The position numbers and the translations under genes were made by a program. DNA of 64,000 nt from an uncultured Prochlorococcus sp. Lineage in GTDB: Bacteria; Cyanobacteriota; Cyanobacteriia; PCC-6307; Cyanobiaceae. The stretch is taken from assembly GCA_902620895.1 (NCBI GenBank), contig CACNJU010000005.1, positions 20,635-84,634 of the forward strand. The letters run 5' to 3'. Below the pieces are notes generated by a model. It worked only from the letters and a program-made list of their open reading frames with translations. It ran no database searches and was not told the origin of the DNA. This document shows positions 10,936 to 22,501 of this stretch, piece after piece; position 1 is the first letter of the stretch, and each line of letters starts with the position of its first letter.

Positions 10936-11865
10936 ATGATACTAGATAATTTTTTTAAAAATTTAATATATGAACCGGTTTCAGTTTTAGGTCTTTTAGT
11001 TTTTTATTTTTTATTAATTAACTTACCAATATCTTTGGGTGCAGTTTTTAAAAAAAAGTCTTCTTCTTCTGTAAGACTTATTACGATTTTAGTGAACTTA
11101 TTAATAACATTACAATTACTTTTTAGATGGTCAATTTCTGGGCACTTTCCTATTAGCAATTTGTATGAATCTCTTTATTTCCTTACTTGGGGTATCACAT
11201 TAGGTCAACTATTGGTTGAAAGAGAATACCAAGCTCCAATAATTCCCTCAATTGCTATACCTATTGAGTTACTGACTGTGGCTTTTGCTTGTTTTGTTTT
11301 ACCTGAAGATTTGAAATTATCATCCAATTTAGTTCCAGCATTAAGGTCTAGTTGGTTAGTAATGCATGTTAGCGTCGTAATGCTTAGTTATGCAGCATTA
11401 ATAATAGGTTCTTTACTTTCAATGTCCGTTTTGTTTGTCAATAAAAATAAGCCACTTCAAATCAGAAGCAGTTCTACAGGTATAGGAGGATTCAAACTTT
11501 CAAATAGCTATTCCGTAAATGATTTAGTTGAACCTATTGAATTTTCTCATTCAGAAGAATTAGATACATTAAGTTATCGTTCTATATTGGTAGGCTTTGT
11601 TCTTTTGACTCTTGGTTTAATTTCAGGTGCAGTTTGGGCTAATGAGGCCTGGGGCACATGGTGGAGTTGGGATCCAAAAGAAACATGGGCATTTATCTCA
11701 TGGTTGTTTTATGCCGCTTATCTGCACATGAGAATAAGCAAGGGTTGGCAAGGACGCAAACCAGCATTATTAGCATCTACAGGCTTTTTAGTTATTTTAG
11801 TATGTTATTTAGGAGTTAATTTTTTAGGAATAGGTTTGCATAGTTATGGATGGATATTTGGGTGA
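10936..11865 (+). CDS. ccsA: Cytochrome c biogenesis protein CcsA (system II; also annotated ccsB)
   Basis: WWD motif [39 protein letters not shown]. Confidence 0.95.
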   Translation: MILDNFFKNLIYEPVSVLGLLVFYFLLINLPISLGAVFKKKSSSSVRLITILVNLLITLQLLFRWSISGHFPISNLYESLYFLTWGITLGQLLVEREYQAPIIPSIAIPIELLTVAFACFVLPEDLKLSSNLVPALRSSWLVMHVSVVMLSYAALIIGSLLSMSVLFVNKNKPLQIRSSSTGIGGFKLSNSYSVNDLVEPIEFSHSEELDTLSYRSILVGFVLLTLGLISGAVWANEAWGTWWSWDPKETWAFISWLFYAAYLHMRISKGWQGRKPALLASTGFLVILVCYLGVNFLGIGLHSYGWIFG

Positions 11866-11886
11866 TTTCTTAATCATCCAAAATAT

Positions 11887-12645
11887 TTATTGAGGTTCTG
11901 AAAGAACATTACCTTTTTGTGCTTCTAGTGCAACTTTTCTCAAGTCATCACATCCTTCTTTTAATGTTGGGTAAGCAAACATTCCGCTACCTGCAATAAA
12001 ACAATTAGCACCAGCATCGGCACATTGTGAAATAGTCCAATTTGCTTTTATCCCCCCATCAACTTCAATGTCGACATCTAAGTTTTTTTCGATAATAAAG
12101 TTTCTTATTTCTCTTATTTTATTAAGCATTGTTGGTATATAAGCTTGTCCTCCAAAGCCTGGATTAACTGTCATAACCAAAACATGATCAACCATATCCA
12201 TTATGTTTTTAATCATTTCAAAAGGAGTATGAGGGTTTAATGCAACAGAAGGAGATCCTCCTAAATCTCTTATTCTTCCAAGAACTCTATGCAAATGAAT
12301 ATTTGCTTCGGCATGAGCTATTACTACTCCTGGTTCACCATTTGCCCCTTTTGTAGCGTTTACATAAGATTCAAGCATTGTTTCACAGTTGTACTGGCTT
12401 ACCATTAATTGAGTTTCAAAAGGGACATTGCAATATTTCCTGCATGCAGTAATCATTTCAGGACCAAATGTGAGATTTGGTACGAAATTTCCATCCATTA
12501 CATCAAATTGAATTCTATCTACCCCAGCTTCCTCAAGCTCTTTTACACATGCCCCCATATTTGCCCAATCTGCTGGTAAAACTGAAGGAATTATTTGAAT
12601 TGGTCTATTTGCACCAGTTAAATTTGCTTGATTTGACTCAGTCAT
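11887..12645 (-). CDS. rpe: Ribulose-phosphate 3-epimerase (variant with Gln at both metal-ligand His positions)
   Basis: DVMDGNFVPNLTFG, MTVNPGFGGQ, EVDGGI. Confidence 0.93.
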   Translation of the reverse strand: MTESNQANLTGANRPIQIIPSVLPADWANMGACVKELEEAGVDRIQFDVMDGNFVPNLTFGPEMITACRKYCNVPFETQLMVSQYNCETMLESYVNATKGANGEPGVVIAHAEANIHLHRVLGRIRDLGGSPSVALNPHTPFEMIKNIMDMVDHVLVMTVNPGFGGQAYIPTMLNKIREIRNFIIEKNLDVDIEVDGGIKANWTISQCADAGANCFIAGSGMFAYPTLKEGCDDLRKVALEAQKGNVLSEPQ

Positions 12646-12763
12646 TTAATTTTTAAAATATTTAATAAAGATACTATATTTAGTTGTTTATTCCTAATTT
12701 CAAGTCACGGCCTGATAAAGTAACAGCTGTAAAGAGTTAAAAAAAGCTTATTAGCATAATAAT

Positions 12764-12792
12764 TCTCATATAAAATTGCATTTTATATGAGA
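12764..12792. repeat. Perfect 13-bp inverted repeat in the rpe/glpX divergent intergenic region
   Basis: TCTCATATAAAAT-TGC-ATTTTATATGAGA. Confidence 0.8.
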
Positions 12793-12832
12793 TCATACTC
12801 AAAACCTTTTAGAAAATCCTCAAAATTTAATT

Positions 12833-13834
12833 GTGAATCAAACTTTAATTCAAGAAATTCTCGAAGTTGTCGAGCAGGCAGCTATTGCTTCAGCAAAACT
12901 AACAGGACTTGGTCAAAAAGATGAAGCTGATGCTGCAGCTGTCGAAGCAATGAGATTGCGAATGGGCAAAATTGAAATGAAAGGGAAAATTGTTATTGGA
13001 GAAGGTGAAAGAGATGAAGCACCCATGCTTTATATAGGTGAAGAGGTTGGTAGTGGAAGTGGCCCAGGTGTTGACTTTGCAGTAGATCCTTGTGAGGGAA
13101 CTAATCTTTGTGCGAATAATCAAAGAGGTTCTATGGCGGTTTTAGCTGCCTCTGATACGGGTGGTCTTTTCAATGCTCCTGATTTTTACATGAACAAATT
13201 AGCAGCGCCTCCTGCGGCCAAAGGTAAAGTTGATATTAGAAATTCAGCTACTGAAAACTTGAAGATACTAAGTGATTGCTTGGGCCTTTCTATTGATGAG
13301 CTTACTGTAGTTGTAATGGATAGAACTAGACATAAAGATTTAATTAAAGAGATTCGAGGATGTGGTGCAAAAGTACAACCGATTTCTGATGGTGATGTTC
13401 AAGCTGCGATTGCATGCGGTTTTGCAGGAACTGGAACACATTGCTTGATGGGTATAGGTGCAGCTCCAGAGGGTGTTATTTCAGCTGCTGCAATGAGAGC
13501 TCTCGGCGGACACTTTCAAGGACAACTAGTTTATGATCCGGCAATCGCTCAAACTTCTGAATGGGCTGATTACACAAAAGAAGGAAATATAAAACGTCTT
13601 AATGAAATGGGCATAACAGATATAGATAAAATCTATGAAGCAAATGAATTGGCATCGGGAGAAAATGTTGTTTTCGCTGGAAGTGGAATAACTGATGGAT
13701 TATTATTTGACGGAGTTAAATTTGAAAGGGATTGTGTTAGAACAAGTAGCCTAGTTATTAGTACATTAGATAGTACTGCAAGGTTCACAAATACTGTCCA
13801 TATAAAAGATGGTGCTAAGAGTATCAGCCTTTAA
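12833..13834 (+). CDS. glpX: Fructose-1,6-/sedoheptulose-1,7-bisphosphatase (class II, GlpX)
   Basis: [31 protein letters not shown]. Confidence 0.95.
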   Translation: MNQTLIQEILEVVEQAAIASAKLTGLGQKDEADAAAVEAMRLRMGKIEMKGKIVIGEGERDEAPMLYIGEEVGSGSGPGVDFAVDPCEGTNLCANNQRGSMAVLAASDTGGLFNAPDFYMNKLAAPPAAKGKVDIRNSATENLKILSDCLGLSIDELTVVVMDRTRHKDLIKEIRGCGAKVQPISDGDVQAAIACGFAGTGTHCLMGIGAAPEGVISAAAMRALGGHFQGQLVYDPAIAQTSEWADYTKEGNIKRLNEMGITDIDKIYEANELASGENVVFAGSGITDGLLFDGVKFERDCVRTSSLVISTLDSTARFTNTVHIKDGAKSISL

Positions 13835-13852
13835 AAATTCACTTTTGATTTT

Positions 13853-15163
13853 ATGCATATTGTTGTCGTCGGACTGAGTCATCGCACGGCACCTGTCGAA
13901 GTGCGTGAGAAGTTAAGTATTCCTGACCAATCCATAACAGAGTCATTGAAAGCATTAAAAGCTTTCTCTGATGTATTAGAGGTGTCGATTTTAAGTACTT
14001 GTAATAGGCTGGAAATATATGCGCTAGTAAAGGATAAAAATACTGGAATCTCATCTATTAAAGAATTCATATCAGAATATTCTGGAATTATTTTTGAAGA
14101 TTTAAATCCACATCTTTTTTGCTTTAGACAGGAAGAAGCAGTTTTGCATTTGATGAAAGTCTCGGCAGGACTCGATAGCCTCGTTTTAGGGGAAGGACAA
14201 ATCCTTTCGCAAGTAAAAAAAATGATGAGATTAGGTCAAGAGAATCAATCTACTGGACCAATTCTTAATAGATTATTAACTCAATCAGTTAGTACAGGTA
14301 AAAAAGTAAGATCCGAAACAAATTTAGGAACTGGAGCTGTGTCAATCAGTTCAGCAGCGGTAGAACTAGCTCAATTAAAAATTGGACAAGAAAAGGGTTT
14401 TGATACTCTTGTAAGTTTGGAAGCAGAGAACGTTCTTGTTGTTGGCGCGGGACGAATGAGTAGGCTTTTAATAACTCATTTAAAATCAAAAGGATGTCAT
14501 AAACTTATCCTTTTAAATAGAAATATTGATAGAGCATTAAATCTTGCTCAAGATTTCCCCGATTTAGAGATTATTTGTAAAGGATTAAACGAATTAGAAG
14601 AAAACATATCATTATCTTCGCTTGTTTTCACCAGTACTGCTTCTGAAGAGCCAATTATTGATCTCACGAAAATTGAAAAAATTAATTTGAGTAATAGGCT
14701 TAAATTTATTGATATTGGTGTACCGAGAAATATATCTAATGATGTCAAACAACATGAATTTGTTAAATCATTTGATGTTGATGACTTACAAGAGGTCGTT
14801 TCAAGAAATCAAGAATTTAGACAGAAAATAGCAAAGGAAGCGGAATCTTTAGTAGAAGAAGAAAGGATCATTTTTCTAGAATGGTGGGCAAGTTTAGAGG
14901 CCGTTCCAGTAATTAATAAACTTAGATCAGATTTGGAGTTGATTAGAAAAGAGGAATTGCAAAAAGCACTTAGCAGAATGGGACCAGATTTTTCGGCTAG
15001 AGAAAGAAAAGTTGTGGAAGCTCTGACTAAAGGAATAATTAATAAAATACTTCATACGCCTGTCACCAAGTTGAGAAGTCCTCAATCAAGAGAAGAAAGA
15101 CAAGTTTCTTTGAAAATCGTTGAAAAATTGTTTTCTTTGGCAGAAGAGGATAAAAATAACTAA
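13853..15163 (+). CDS. hemA: Glutamyl-tRNA reductase
   Basis: GLSHRTAPV, LSTCNRLEIY, GLDSLVLGEGQIL, DIGVPRN. Confidence 0.97.
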   Translation: MHIVVVGLSHRTAPVEVREKLSIPDQSITESLKALKAFSDVLEVSILSTCNRLEIYALVKDKNTGISSIKEFISEYSGIIFEDLNPHLFCFRQEEAVLHLMKVSAGLDSLVLGEGQILSQVKKMMRLGQENQSTGPILNRLLTQSVSTGKKVRSETNLGTGAVSISSAAVELAQLKIGQEKGFDTLVSLEAENVLVVGAGRMSRLLITHLKSKGCHKLILLNRNIDRALNLAQDFPDLEIICKGLNELEENISLSSLVFTSTASEEPIIDLTKIEKINLSNRLKFIDIGVPRNISNDVKQHEFVKSFDVDDLQEVVSRNQEFRQKIAKEAESLVEEERIIFLEWWASLEAVPVINKLRSDLELIRKEELQKALSRMGPDFSARERKVVEALTKGIINKILHTPVTKLRSPQSREERQVSLKIVEKLFSLAEEDKNN

Positions 15164-15293
15164 CTTTTTTCGATTTATATTAAGTTTTTCCAGTGATTTA
15201 TCGAAATACCTTTGTAAACTGACCATTTGTATTTCTAAATATGCCCATAATCAGTTACTTTAAATAGTTGTATATCTACCTCCATTAGATTGA

Positions 15294-16589
15294 ATGAAGC
15301 GTGTGTTGGCCATAATCCTCGGAGGAGGAAAAGGTTCTAGACTTTACCCTCTAACAAAAATGAGGGCTAAACCTGCTGTTCCATTGGCAGGTAAGTATCG
15401 TTTGATAGATATTCCGATTAGTAATTGTATAAATTCAGGCATTGAAAAAATGTACGTATTGACCCAGTTCAATAGTGCATCCCTAAATAGACATATAGGA
15501 AGAACCTATAATTTAAATGGCCCTTTTGGCCAAGGATTTGTGGAGGTTTTGGCTGCACAACAGACTCCTGATAGTCCGAAGTGGTTTGAAGGTACTGCTG
15601 ATGCTGTAAGAAAATACCAATGGTTATTTCAAGAATGGGATGTTGATGAATATTTAATATTGTCAGGTGATCAACTGTACAGAATGGACTACAGTTTATT
15701 TGTTCAACATCATAGAGATAATGGTGCTGATTTAACTGTTGCAGCTTTGCCAGTTGATGAAGCTCAAGCAGAAGGTTTTGGCCTAATGAGAACCGATGAT
15801 GTAGGAAATATAAAAGAATTTAGTGAAAAGCCGACTGGAGAGAAGTTGAAGGCTATGGCAGTAGATACTTCAAAATTTGGATTAAGTATGGAGTCAGCTG
15901 CCGAAAAACCATATCTAGCCTCTATGGGGATTTACGTTTTTAGCAGAAATACTCTCTTCGATCTTCTAAATAAATTTCCTAATTATACGGATTTTGGTAA
16001 AGACATAATTCCAGAAGCCCTCAATAGAGGCGATACTCTTAAAAGTTATGTATTCGATGATTATTGGGAAGATATCGGCACAATTGGGGCATTCTTTGAG
16101 TCAAACCTTGCATTGACTGAGCAACCAAAACCTCCATTTAGTTTTTATGATGAAAAATTTCCTATTTATACTAGACCTAGATTTTTACCCCCTTCTAAAC
16201 TTGTAGATGCTCAAATTACTGATTCAATTGTTTGTGAAGGCACAATCTTGAAGTCATGCAGTATTTTACATTGTGTTTTAGGTGTAAGAAGCAGGATTGA
16301 AAGTGACTCGGTTCTTGAAGATACTCTGGTTATGGGAGCCGATTTCTTTGAATCCCCTGAAGAGAGGATTGAATTAAGAAAAGGGGGCGGAACGCCTCTT
16401 GGAGTAGGTGAAGGGACTACTGTAAAAAGAGCAATTCTCGATAAAAATACAAGAATTGGCGATAATGTCGTGATCATTAATAAAGATCGAGTAGAAGAAG
16501 CAGATAAGCCAGAATTAGGCTTTTACATAAGAAATGGAATTGTTGTAGTTGTTAAAAATGCAACTATTGCAAACGGAACTGTTATTTAA
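15294..16589 (+). CDS. glgC: Glucose-1-phosphate adenylyltransferase
   Basis: [45 protein letters not shown]. Confidence 0.97.
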   Translation: MKRVLAIILGGGKGSRLYPLTKMRAKPAVPLAGKYRLIDIPISNCINSGIEKMYVLTQFNSASLNRHIGRTYNLNGPFGQGFVEVLAAQQTPDSPKWFEGTADAVRKYQWLFQEWDVDEYLILSGDQLYRMDYSLFVQHHRDNGADLTVAALPVDEAQAEGFGLMRTDDVGNIKEFSEKPTGEKLKAMAVDTSKFGLSMESAAEKPYLASMGIYVFSRNTLFDLLNKFPNYTDFGKDIIPEALNRGDTLKSYVFDDYWEDIGTIGAFFESNLALTEQPKPPFSFYDEKFPIYTRPRFLPPSKLVDAQITDSIVCEGTILKSCSILHCVLGVRSRIESDSVLEDTLVMGADFFESPEERIELRKGGGTPLGVGEGTTVKRAILDKNTRIGDNVVIINKDRVEEADKPELGFYIRNGIVVVVKNATIANGTVI

Positions 16590-16684
16590 ATCTTTTCCAT
16601 CATTTTTCGCTGACATAAGTATTTTTTTTGAGCAATTTTCTTGAGTTGCAGGCACACTGTATTTATTGAGTTTTTTAATTATTT

Positions 16685-18103
16685 ATGTCCAAGGCACATT
16701 TTGGTTTGATAGGTCTTGGTGTTATGGGCGAAAATTTAGTTCTTAACGCAGAGAGAAATGGATTTTCTAGTGTAGTTTTTAACAGGACTTACTCAAAAAC
16801 CGAAGAATTTTTACAAGGTCGTGGCCTAGGGAAAAATATAGAAGGAGCTGAAAATCTTCAGGAATTTGTTAATAAGTTAGAGAGACCTAGAAGAATTCTT
16901 ATGATGGTTAAAGCTGGGCCAGCAACAGATGCTGTCATTGATAATATTTCTGGATATCTCGAGGAAGGAGATTTATTAATAGATGGCGGTAACTCTCAAT
17001 TTAAAGATACAGAAAGAAGGGTGAATACTCTTGAAAGTAAAAGTTTTGGATACATCGGAATGGGAGTCTCTGGGGGCGCCAAAGGAGCTCTAGAGGGCCC
17101 AAGCATGATGCCCGGTGGTACTAAGGCTTCATATGATGCAATAGAGAGCTTACTAACAAAAATGGCTGCCAAAGTTGAAGACGGACCATGTGTTGCATAT
17201 GTTGGCCCAGGCGGCTCAGGTCATTTTGTAAAAACTGTTCATAACGGAATTGAATATGGAATTGAACAAATACTTGCAGAAGCTTATGACCTTATGAAGA
17301 GAGTCAAAGGTATGAATGGAGAGCAGATGTCAGAGGTATTTGGTATTTGGAATAATACTGATGAATTAGCTTCTTATCTTGTTGAGATAACAGAGATTTG
17401 TCTAAAAACAAAAGATGATATCACTGGAGATGATGTAGTGGAAAAAATATTAGATAAAGCTGGCCAGAAAGGTACAGGTTTATGGACTGTTGTGAGTGCT
17501 CTAGAACTGGGGGTATCAGTCCCAACTATTTATGCATCTTTAAATGCAAGAGTAATGAGTTCTTTAAAAGAGCAACGTAGTGAGATTGAAAAAACTATTC
17601 CATCTAAAGAGATAGAGGATTTTGATTTAGGAAATGTTTCAGATGGAATGAAACCTTTATTTGATGCTGTAGTCCTTGCCACAATTGCTAGCTATGCCCA
17701 AGGTATGGATATTTTAAGAGAAGCATCTGCAGTATATAACTATGGTTTGAATATGCCGTCAATTGCACAAATATGGAAAGGTGGTTGCATAATTAGATCA
17801 AAATTATTAAGTAAAATTCAAGATGCTTATAACAAAGATCCTGATCTAAAAAATTTAATTTTTGATGATTGGTTTAATAATGAAATTGCGACAAGATTAG
17901 ATAACTTATCTAAGGTAGTTTCTCTATCCACAAAGGCAGGTATACCAGTCCCATGTTTATCCAGTACTTTAGATTATTTGAATAGTTATAGAACCAATAG
18001 ACTTCCTCAGAATCTTGTGCAGGCAATGAGAGACTGTTTTGGCTCTCATACATATGAAAGAATTGATATGGAAGGTAGTTTTCATACTGAATGGATGAAA
18101 TGA
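16685..18103 (+). CDS. gnd: 6-phosphogluconate dehydrogenase, decarboxylating
   Basis: GLGVMG, DGGNS, GVSGG, VHNGIEY, QKGTG, QAMRDCFGSH. Confidence 0.97.
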   Translation: MSKAHFGLIGLGVMGENLVLNAERNGFSSVVFNRTYSKTEEFLQGRGLGKNIEGAENLQEFVNKLERPRRILMMVKAGPATDAVIDNISGYLEEGDLLIDGGNSQFKDTERRVNTLESKSFGYIGMGVSGGAKGALEGPSMMPGGTKASYDAIESLLTKMAAKVEDGPCVAYVGPGGSGHFVKTVHNGIEYGIEQILAEAYDLMKRVKGMNGEQMSEVFGIWNNTDELASYLVEITEICLKTKDDITGDDVVEKILDKAGQKGTGLWTVVSALELGVSVPTIYASLNARVMSSLKEQRSEIEKTIPSKEIEDFDLGNVSDGMKPLFDAVVLATIASYAQGMDILREASAVYNYGLNMPSIAQIWKGGCIIRSKLLSKIQDAYNKDPDLKNLIFDDWFNNEIATRLDNLSKVVSLSTKAGIPVPCLSSTLDYLNSYRTNRLPQNLVQAMRDCFGSHTYERIDMEGSFHTEWMK

Positions 18104-18828
18104 TTGAAAAGGTCAAAAATGGATACACCTTAAATATTTACAAAGACAAGTTAGAACTATCAACAGCGGTTTTTAAGTTTATTCAAAGCCATATTATTCA
18201 TACTTTAAAAAAGAAAGATAGATTCAAATTTTGTGTAAGCGGAGGTTCAACTCCTAAATCTGTGTATAATCTCTTATCTAATAATGATCTTCAATGGGAT
18301 ATGGTTGATGTCTTTTTAGGAGATGAAAGATGTGTTGATCCAAATTCAGAATTAAGTAACTCGTTAATGTTGCGAAATTCTTTGCTAACTAATTTTGGAT
18401 CTAAAGCTTATTTTTATGAAATTTTCAATGATTTAAACGCTGATGATGAAACTACTAAAAATCAATTTATTTCTAAATTATTTGAAAAATGCGGATCAAA
18501 CCCTCCAACTTTTGATTTAACATTATTAGGTCTTGGAGATGATGGTCATACAGCCTCACTATTCCCTTATCAAAAAAATAATAATGTAGATGATTTTGTT
18601 ATTTTTAATGAAGGTAAAGGTTTAAAAAGAATTTCATTAACTCCAAAGGTTCTTTCAGCTTCTTCAAAGATAGTATTTTTAGTTAGTGGAGCTTCTAAAA
18701 GAATTGCTCTTGAGAGGTTATTAGATGAAAAAGAGCCACCAGATAGAACACCATCAAAATTAATAAAATCTATTAATAAAATTTCAATATTTTGTGATCA
18801 GGAATCAGCAAAAGAATTAGAAATTTAG
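18100..18828 (+). CDS. pgl: 6-phosphogluconolactonase
   Basis: SGGSTP, GDER, LLGLGDDGHTASLFP; ATGA overlap with the gnd stop favours start 18100. Confidence 0.93.
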   Translation: MIEKVKNGYTLNIYKDKLELSTAVFKFIQSHIIHTLKKKDRFKFCVSGGSTPKSVYNLLSNNDLQWDMVDVFLGDERCVDPNSELSNSLMLRNSLLTNFGSKAYFYEIFNDLNADDETTKNQFISKLFEKCGSNPPTFDLTLLGLGDDGHTASLFPYQKNNNVDDFVIFNEGKGLKRISLTPKVLSASSKIVFLVSGASKRIALERLLDEKEPPDRTPSKLIKSINKISIFCDQESAKELEI

Positions 18829-18858
18829 TTAAAGTCTATTAATAATTTAAATTATTTA

Positions 18859-19407
18859 ATGAGTAAGAAAAAATTTTTATTCCAGAAAAAGGATTTTGAT
18901 GGTTGGAAAACATTAAATGATACTGTTATGGGCGGATCAAGTTCAGCTTTTTGTGAAACTTCAAATTCGGGTTTGATATTAAAGGGTAATATTGTCGAGA
19001 AAGCAGGAGGATTTGTTAGTTGTAGATCATCTATATATAAACCTATTCTAAATGTATCTGAGTATTCATCCTTTGAATTAAATATTGATGGACAAGGAAG
19101 AACTTTTAAATTTGCTGTCGCTTGTGAAGATGATCTTCTTGGACTAACCGAATTTATTCCTGGTGGACTTAGATGGATTAAATCATTTCCAACAAAAAAA
19201 TTCGGGACAACAAATGTTCAAATTCCTTTTAGTGAGTTAAAACCTTCAGTAAGAGCTAATAAAGTACGTTTTCCATTTAAATTCAAGCCATCTAAAATTA
19301 AAAGATTGCAATTACTACACTCCAAGTTCGGTGATGATGGATTACTTAATAATGAGTTTAAACAGGGTTCAATAAAAGTTTTAATTAAATCAATAAGTGT
19401 TATTTGA
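18859..19407 (+). CDS. CIA30 family protein (complex I intermediate-associated)
   Basis: W-x2-LNDTVMGG-x-S and GGFVSCRS motifs. Confidence 0.85.
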   Translation: MSKKKFLFQKKDFDGWKTLNDTVMGGSSSAFCETSNSGLILKGNIVEKAGGFVSCRSSIYKPILNVSEYSSFELNIDGQGRTFKFAVACEDDLLGLTEFIPGGLRWIKSFPTKKFGTTNVQIPFSELKPSVRANKVRFPFKFKPSKIKRLQLLHSKFGDDGLLNNEFKQGSIKVLIKSISVI

Positions 19408-19783
19408 AAATCCACCTAAAAATATAGAGAGCTTAATCGCTAAGTCAGCAGATTTAACAAATAAACCTTTTGTTCATTCTGTAGTAAAAATAAATGGTGA
19501 ATACGAATTCGAAGATGAAGATATTGATTTAACAGTTAATATCTTATGTAGAGATAAAGAAGGTAAAAGATTAGAAACTTATGATCTTGAATTAGAACTT
19601 TTTAAATCAAATAAAGAGTTGGTTTTAGTAATCTCTAAGCTTAACTTCCCTGATGAACCAATACTATGGTGTGGAGTTAAAACATTATGGATGGATAGTA
19701 ATAATGGGGAAAAATGCAATTCACCAAAATACAGCGCTAGATTAGAAAATTTAGCAAATAGGATAAAAAGTTTTATTGATTAA
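19397..19783 (+). CDS. Conserved hypothetical protein
   Basis: 128-aa ORF overlapping the upstream gene end; fills the gap to ilvD. Confidence 0.75.
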   Translation: MLFENPPKNIESLIAKSADLTNKPFVHSVVKINGEYEFEDEDIDLTVNILCRDKEGKRLETYDLELELFKSNKELVLVISKLNFPDEPILWCGVKTLWMDSNNGEKCNSPKYSARLENLANRIKSFID

Positions 19784-19803
19784 GAAAAAAAATTTGAGCT
19801 GAT

Positions 19804-21477
19804 TTATAAATCAGTAACAGCCCCTAAACTTGATGTGCTTACGATTCTCGAATATTTTGAAAGAATTCCTCTTTTGTATTTTTGAATAGGTTTTACCCAA
19901 TCTTTTTTTCTTTTTTCTAATTCTTCGTCAGATAAATCAACTTCAATTAGTTGTTTTACAGCATCTACTGTAATTAAATCCCCTTGTTTTATTAGAGCAA
20001 TATTTCCTCCTACAGCAGCCTCTGGAGCTATGTGACCCACCACAAGACCATAGGTACCGCCGCTAAATCTACCATCGGTAATTAAAGCCACCTTCTCTCC
20101 AAGCCCTTGACCAACAATTGCAGATGTTGGAGCTAACATCTCTCTCATGCCTGGTCCTCCTACAGGACCTTCGTTTCTAATAACAACAACATCACCAGCT
20201 TTGATATCGTTATTTAATATCGATTTTAAACAATCCTCTTCACTTTCAAAAATCTTTGCGGGACCTGTTAATACAGGGTTTTTTACTCCGCTAATTTTGG
20301 CTACAGAACCTTCGCTCGCTAAGTTACCTTTTAATATCGCTAGATGTCCTTTTTCATAAAGAGGGTCATCTATCTCTCTTATGACTTTTTGATTTGTAGG
20401 AGGCTTATCTGGAATATTTTGTAAGTATTCTGAGATGGTTTTCCCTTCAATGTTTTTGCAATCGCCATGAATTAATCCTGCATTCAAAAGTATTTTCATT
20501 ACTTGTGGAATCCCACCTGCCTTATGAAGATCCACCGTCACATATTTACCACTCGGTTTAAGGTCACAAATAACAGGTACTTTTTGTCTGATTCTCTCAA
20601 AATCATTAATGTTGATATCTATTCCTGCAGTATTCGCGATAGCTAAGATGTGCAATACCGCATTTGTTGATCCGCCAATTGCCATAATTACTGATATTGC
20701 ATTTTCAAATGCTTTCTTAGTCATTAGGTCTAGAGGTCTTATATCTTTTTCTATTGCAGAGACTAATATCTCAGCACTTTTATCTGCACTTAGTTCTTTT
20801 TCAAGATCTTCAGCAGCCATAGTGGAACTGTGAGGAAGACTTAACCCTAATACTTCAATAACCGCAGACATTGTATTAGCTGTAAACATTCCTCCACAGC
20901 TACCAGCACCAGGAATACAATTTTTCTCAACTTGGATTAGCCTTTCTTCATTAATTTTGCCTGATGTTAATTGTCCAACAGCTTCAAATGCACTAACAAC
21001 AGTAAGATCTTCTCCATGCAATTTCCCAGGCTTTATTGTCCCTCCATAAATGAAAATTGAGGGAATATTCATTCTTGCAATCGCAATCATGGCACCCGGC
21101 ATATTTTTATCACATCCACCTATAGCAAGTACTCCATCCATACTCTGAGCATTGCATGCTGTTTCAATTGAATCAGCAATAACTTCTCTTGAAACTAGTG
21201 AATATTTCATGCCCTCTGTTCCCATAGAAATCCCATCACTTACTGTTATGGTCCCAAACATCTGAGGCATCCCACCTGATCTTTTTATAGACTCTTCAGC
21301 TTTTAGAGCTAACTTATTTAAACCCATATTGCATGGTGTTATGGTGCTGTATCCATTTGCAACTCCAATAATAGGTTTATTAAAATCTTCATCATTAAAT
21401 CCAACAGCTCTTAACATCGATCTGTTAGGTGATCTTTGCACACCTTGGGTTATTGCAGATGATCTGAGTTTATTCAT
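19804..21477 (-). CDS. ilvD: Dihydroxy-acid dehydratase
   Basis: [38 protein letters not shown]. Confidence 0.97.
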   Translation of the reverse strand: MNKLRSSAITQGVQRSPNRSMLRAVGFNDEDFNKPIIGVANGYSTITPCNMGLNKLALKAEESIKRSGGMPQMFGTITVSDGISMGTEGMKYSLVSREVIADSIETACNAQSMDGVLAIGGCDKNMPGAMIAIARMNIPSIFIYGGTIKPGKLHGEDLTVVSAFEAVGQLTSGKINEERLIQVEKNCIPGAGSCGGMFTANTMSAVIEVLGLSLPHSSTMAAEDLEKELSADKSAEILVSAIEKDIRPLDLMTKKAFENAISVIMAIGGSTNAVLHILAIANTAGIDININDFERIRQKVPVICDLKPSGKYVTVDLHKAGGIPQVMKILLNAGLIHGDCKNIEGKTISEYLQNIPDKPPTNQKVIREIDDPLYEKGHLAILKGNLASEGSVAKISGVKNPVLTGPAKIFESEEDCLKSILNNDIKAGDVVVIRNEGPVGGPGMREMLAPTSAIVGQGLGEKVALITDGRFSGGTYGLVVGHIAPEAAVGGNIALIKQGDLITVDAVKQLIEVDLSDEELEKRKKDWVKPIQKYKRGILSKYSRIVSTSSLGAVTDL

Positions 21478-21500
21478 ATTATTTGAAAACCTTTTTTATT

Positions 21501-21791
21501 CTATTGCCCCAACTCTTCAAGTTGCTTCCTCACATCAGCAATTGCAGAATTAAGTTGCTCAACTTTCTTCTCCAGATTCTCTCCTTCAACTTCATTTATA
21601 TTTTCATTTGAATCAATCGCTTCTGAGCCGTCTTGAATTCTGGAGGAATACATCATTGCTTTTTGTTTTTTTTCCTCCTTTCTTTTGTCTGCTTCGGATA
21701 TTAACCACCATGCTAGACCTGCTGCTCCAATAAAAGCACCACTTATTAATGATAAAAGATTATTTGAAGACGAATCTCTGTATTCAGACAT
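21501..21791 (-). CDS. Small membrane-anchored coiled-coil hypothetical protein
   Basis: N-terminal hydrophobic GAFIGAAGLAWW segment and C-terminal heptads. Confidence 0.8.
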   Translation of the reverse strand: MSEYRDSSSNNLLSLISGAFIGAAGLAWWLISEADKRKEEKKQKAMMYSSRIQDGSEAIDSNENINEVEGENLEKKVEQLNSAIADVRKQLEELGQ

Positions 21792-21820
21792 TGGTAAAAT
21801 ATTTACTCCTATATTCTATA

Positions 21821-22438
21821 TTAGTTCTTATCTTGAAATATAGTACTTAAACGCGATAAAGGATTCCCAATACCGGGTAGCAATAATGGTGTTTTTTCGT
21901 CTTCCTCATCTATGCAAGAAGTGTAAATTACCTGATTCGGGAATAATTTCGCAATTTCATTTAACCCTTTATTTGAGCAAATAGCAGTTATTAAAAGAAT
22001 CCTATTTGAATCAACACCTAATTCCTTTAATTTAATTAAGGTTTCTAATGTGGTTGATTTTGTCGTTATTTGTTCTGAATAAAATATAACTCCTGCATTT
22101 GATTCAATAGTTTTAGGAAGTTCTCCTAATGAGAGGGTTGAATTAGGAATTACTTCTTTGGATCCAAACCAAAGAGATAACCCTTCGGGCAACATTGCGA
22201 GCACTTTTATTGGATAATCAGTATTAATAAAGAATCCATCTGTGTCCCCATTATCAGTATTTACTATTTCTTTTTTATATGGCAGCCAATTACGTAATGC
22301 TTCATATGTAAGCCATTTCCCTAATTGCTCATATCCTGTTGAGTACAAAATATCTGGAGTATTTTTTTCTCGCAATATTGAAAGCCAATGTTTTATTAAT
22401 GGATGAGGAGGAACAATAACCTTTAGTGACATTGCCAT
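21821..22438 (-). CDS. upp: Uracil phosphoribosyltransferase-like protein (degenerate motifs)
   Basis: HPLIKHWLSILR and LGKWLTYEA N-terminus, PGIG C-terminus; PRPP loop degenerate. Confidence 0.75.
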   Translation of the reverse strand: MAMSLKVIVPPHPLIKHWLSILREKNTPDILYSTGYEQLGKWLTYEALRNWLPYKKEIVNTDNGDTDGFFINTDYPIKVLAMLPEGLSLWFGSKEVIPNSTLSLGELPKTIESNAGVIFYSEQITTKSTTLETLIKLKELGVDSNRILLITAICSNKGLNEIAKLFPNQVIYTSCIDEEDEKTPLLLPGIGNPLSRLSTIFQDKN

Positions 22439-22501
22439 ATATTTTCCTTTAAGATACTCTTACAAACTTTAAATACTTAAGTTCTAAAATACAGTCTTAT
22501 T

